From the NCBI GenBank assembly GCA_963847705.1, contig CAWKBC010000032.1, positions 128,001 to 192,000 on the forward strand: a stretch of 64,000 nucleotides of DNA, read 5' to 3'. This DNA comes from an uncultured Pseudomonadota bacterium (GTDB taxonomy: Bacteria; Myxococcota_A; Polyangia; Fen-1088). The notes beneath the pieces were generated by a model, which was not told the DNA's origin, did not search any database, and worked only from the letters and a program-made list of their open reading frames with translations. Below, one piece after another: positions 61,972 through 64,000 of the stretch; position 1 is the first letter of the stretch; the number at the start of each line of letters is the position of its first letter. The position numbers and the translations under genes are program-made.

Positions 61972-62801
61972 TGGCGGCGCGACCAATGGCCGCGCGACCG
62001 ATGGCCGCGCGAGGAACGATCGGCCAGACTGGCCGCGTGCTGCGCGGGCCACTCAGCTTGCTGGTCCTGGCCCTGATGCCGCTGGCGTTGCCGGCCTGCA
62101 ACCCGCACCTCACCCTGGGGAGCAGCATCCTCTGGTCGGCGCGCCACGAGACCGGCGATCTCAGCGAATGGACGGATGGGGGCAAAGGGGGCGCGGCGGC
62201 GGACATGCCCGACACCTCGGTGGCGGTCTCGACCGACTTCGCGCACAGCGGCCGGTATTCGGTGAAGCTGACCAACGGCGCCCTGTCGATGCCCGAGGAC
62301 GCGCACCTCTGGCGCGAGGACGACTATCCCGCCGAGGCGTACTACAGCGCCTGGCTCTATCTGCCCCGCGCCTATCAAACGACCGCCGACTGGTCGATCG
62401 TCGAGTTCCAGGTCCCGACCAGCGGCGACTCCGGGGTCATTGGCCAGCTGATCGACATCGACCTGCGCAGCCTCCCCAACGGCGACCTGATCCTGAGCGT
62501 CTACGACCACCGCTCCGCCTACCTGCGCTCGCCCACGCCCGATCCGGCGATCCTGGTCCCGGTCGGTCAGTGGTTCCAGATCGAGGCCTTCTATCGCAAC
62601 GTGAACGACGACAGCGGCCGGCTCACCGTGTGGCTCGACGGGCAGCTCAACTACGACATCCAACGTCCATTCGGCTCGAACGGCACGGTCTACTGGACGG
62701 TCTCCAGCAAGACCTTCGGGCTCTCGCCGGCCGAGTCGGCCATCTACGTCGACGATGCCGCGGTGAGCCTGACCCGCGTGACACCGACCGGGGACCTTTG
62801 A
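61968..62801 (+). CDS. Polysaccharide lyase-like (jelly-roll) lipoprotein
   Basis: Lipobox LPAC, HETGDLSEW, AHSGRYSVKLT, EAYYSAWLYLP, GQWFQIE, LTVWLDG, IYVDD. Confidence 0.65.
   Translation: MMAARPMAARPMAARGTIGQTGRVLRGPLSLLVLALMPLALPACNPHLTLGSSILWSARHETGDLSEWTDGGKGGAAADMPDTSVAVSTDFAHSGRYSVKLTNGALSMPEDAHLWREDDYPAEAYYSAWLYLPRAYQTTADWSIVEFQVPTSGDSGVIGQLIDIDLRSLPNGDLILSVYDHRSAYLRSPTPDPAILVPVGQWFQIEAFYRNVNDDSGRLTVWLDGQLNYDIQRPFGSNGTVYWTVSSKTFGLSPAESAIYVDDAAVSLTRVTPTGDL
61971..62012 (+). repeat. 15-bp tandem repeat x3 encoding MAARP/MAARP/MAARG
   Basis: ATGGCGGCGCGACCA ATGGCCGCGCGACCG ATGGCCGCGCGA. Confidence 0.85.
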
Positions 62802-62837
62802 CCCCGAGGAGAGCCCCGAGGAGAACCCCGAGGAGAG
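62802..62837. repeat. 12-bp tandem repeat x3, intergenic
   Basis: CCCCGAGGAGAG CCCCGAGGAGAA CCCCGAGGAGAG. Confidence 0.85.
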
Positions 62838-63005
62838 CCCCCGGGACAGGCAAAGGGGAACCGCTCCGCAAATTGGCACACGCCGGCACGCTCTTTCGAC
62901 ACCTCACGGCGCAAAAGCGTGGCGCGGCGCGCGCGACGTTTGACCAGAGGTGACTCGGCCGATCCGCTCGGTTAAGCTCATGGTCTCTTTCCGTCGCCTC
63001 TGGCC

Positions 63006-63665
63006 ATGACGTTCAAGCTGACCCAGACACGGACCACCGCGGGACAGCCAGCTGCCTGGCGCGGCCCGGGGATCCCGCACGTTCCTGCGGAACCGGCCGG
63101 CATCGACGTCCACAGCTTCCAGGCGATCTACGACGCCTACTACGCCGAGGTGGCGCGCTGGATTCGCGCGCTGGGCGGGCCGGCCGCCGACCAGGACGAT
63201 CTCATTCAAGAGGTGTTCGTGGTCGTCTACCGGCGGCTGCACGACTTCGACGGCCGAAACCTGGCCGGCTGGCTCTATCGCATCACCGCGCATCAGGTGC
63301 GGGATTACCGGCGCCTGGTCTGGATCAAGTACATCTTCCGGCGAAGCATCGCGCTTTCGTCCGAGGTTCCTTCGGGCAAGCCAACACCGGTCATGATGTT
63401 GGAGACGCGCGAGCGGCAACGAAACCTGGAACGCCTGTTGTCGAAGTTGAGCGATCCGTTGCGCGCCGCCTTCGTGCTGTTCGAGATCGAGGGCTACACC
63501 GCCGAAGAGATCAGCGAGATGCAGTCGGTCCCCACCAACACGGTGCGCGCGCGCATCCATCGCGCGCGCAAGAAGATGACGACCTTGCTCGAGTCGGCGG
63601 CCAAGGCCGACGGCCCACAGAACGAGGGCGACCAGGCGGGTCACAAGCTCGGTGGAGGACGGTGA
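63006..63665 (+). CDS. ECF sigma factor
   Basis: DDLIQEVFVVV, WLYRIT, FVLFEIEGYTAEEISE, TVRARIHRAR. Confidence 0.92.
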   Translation: MTFKLTQTRTTAGQPAAWRGPGIPHVPAEPAGIDVHSFQAIYDAYYAEVARWIRALGGPAADQDDLIQEVFVVVYRRLHDFDGRNLAGWLYRITAHQVRDYRRLVWIKYIFRRSIALSSEVPSGKPTPVMMLETRERQRNLERLLSKLSDPLRAAFVLFEIEGYTAEEISEMQSVPTNTVRARIHRARKKMTTLLESAAKADGPQNEGDQAGHKLGGGR

Positions 63666-64000
63666 AGGTGGAGCGTTTGATTCAAAAGAAGGGGTCGTCC
63701 ACGCGAGCCGAGGCGGAGCTGGCCCAGCTCGTCGAGGCGTGCGAGCCCCTGGTGATCTCCGAGGTGCAGAAGCGGCGCTCGCTCAGCGCCGTCTACAGCC
63801 GCAACCACGAGCGGCGGCGAACCGTCCGGTTCGGCGTCCGTGCCGCGATGGCCGCGGGCGTTCTGCTCATGGCCGGCGCGGCGACGGCGGCCGTGTTCGG
63901 CCTCCACTTCAAGATGTCGGCCACGAACCCGGCGGCGATCGCTCCCACGCCCGCGCCGGCCGTCCGCCATGTCGCGCGACGCGCCGAGCTGGCGCCGCTC
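63662..64000 (+). CDS. Putative membrane anti-sigma factor, N-terminal part (runs off window)
   Basis: GTG overlaps the sigma stop; MKVERLIQKK...AMAAGVLLMAGAATAAVFG TM segment, then Pro/Ala-rich. Not in the ORF track. Confidence 0.7.
   Translation, partial: MKVERLIQKKGSSTRAEAELAQLVEACEPLVISEVQKRRSLSAVYSRNHERRRTVRFGVRAAMAAGVLLMAGAATAAVFGLHFKMSATNPAAIAPTPAPAVRHVARRAELAPL

Noticed and set aside
62802-62837. Short repeats as a CRISPR array
   Set aside because: Tandem 12-mers with no spacers and no cas genes; the same applies to the 24-bp and 15-bp repeats

Overview
High-GC (roughly 70% or more by inspection) bacterial chromosome segment. Gene content and protein style (Gly-rich linker lipoproteins, ECF sigma/FecR modules, dprA-topA-xerC-hslVU, zapA-ygfA-rny, ccsA-hemA-hemC) point to Myxococcota (Polyangia-like); this taxonomy is inference. 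The left third is mostly housekeeping (aroB/aroK, trpS, hslUV, xerC, topA, dprA, hemAC, trxA). The middle and right hold accessory genes: a GH3 lipoprotein with a beta-barrel partner, a low-GC scar containing a lectin fragment and a decayed copy of the dusB 3' end, a four-CxxCH RoxA-like cytochrome, oxyR-ahpCD, a MATE pump, two ECF sigma/anti-sigma/outer-membrane/CAZyme modules, a HipA-like kinase with DUF3037, and a radical SAM/B12-radical SAM/methyltransferase/glycosyltransferase cluster of unknown product. No rRNA, tRNA, CRISPR array or intact transposase was seen. Best leads: (1) the rSAM-glycosyltransferase cluster; (2) a SAM-dependent m5U methyltransferase sitting where trmFO normally lies; (3) an apparent leader-peptide attenuator before the MATE pump; (4) repeated ECF modules with no TonB-dependent receptor; (5) a compact structured RNA at the usual 6S RNA position. 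All family calls come from motif recognition, with no database searches run.
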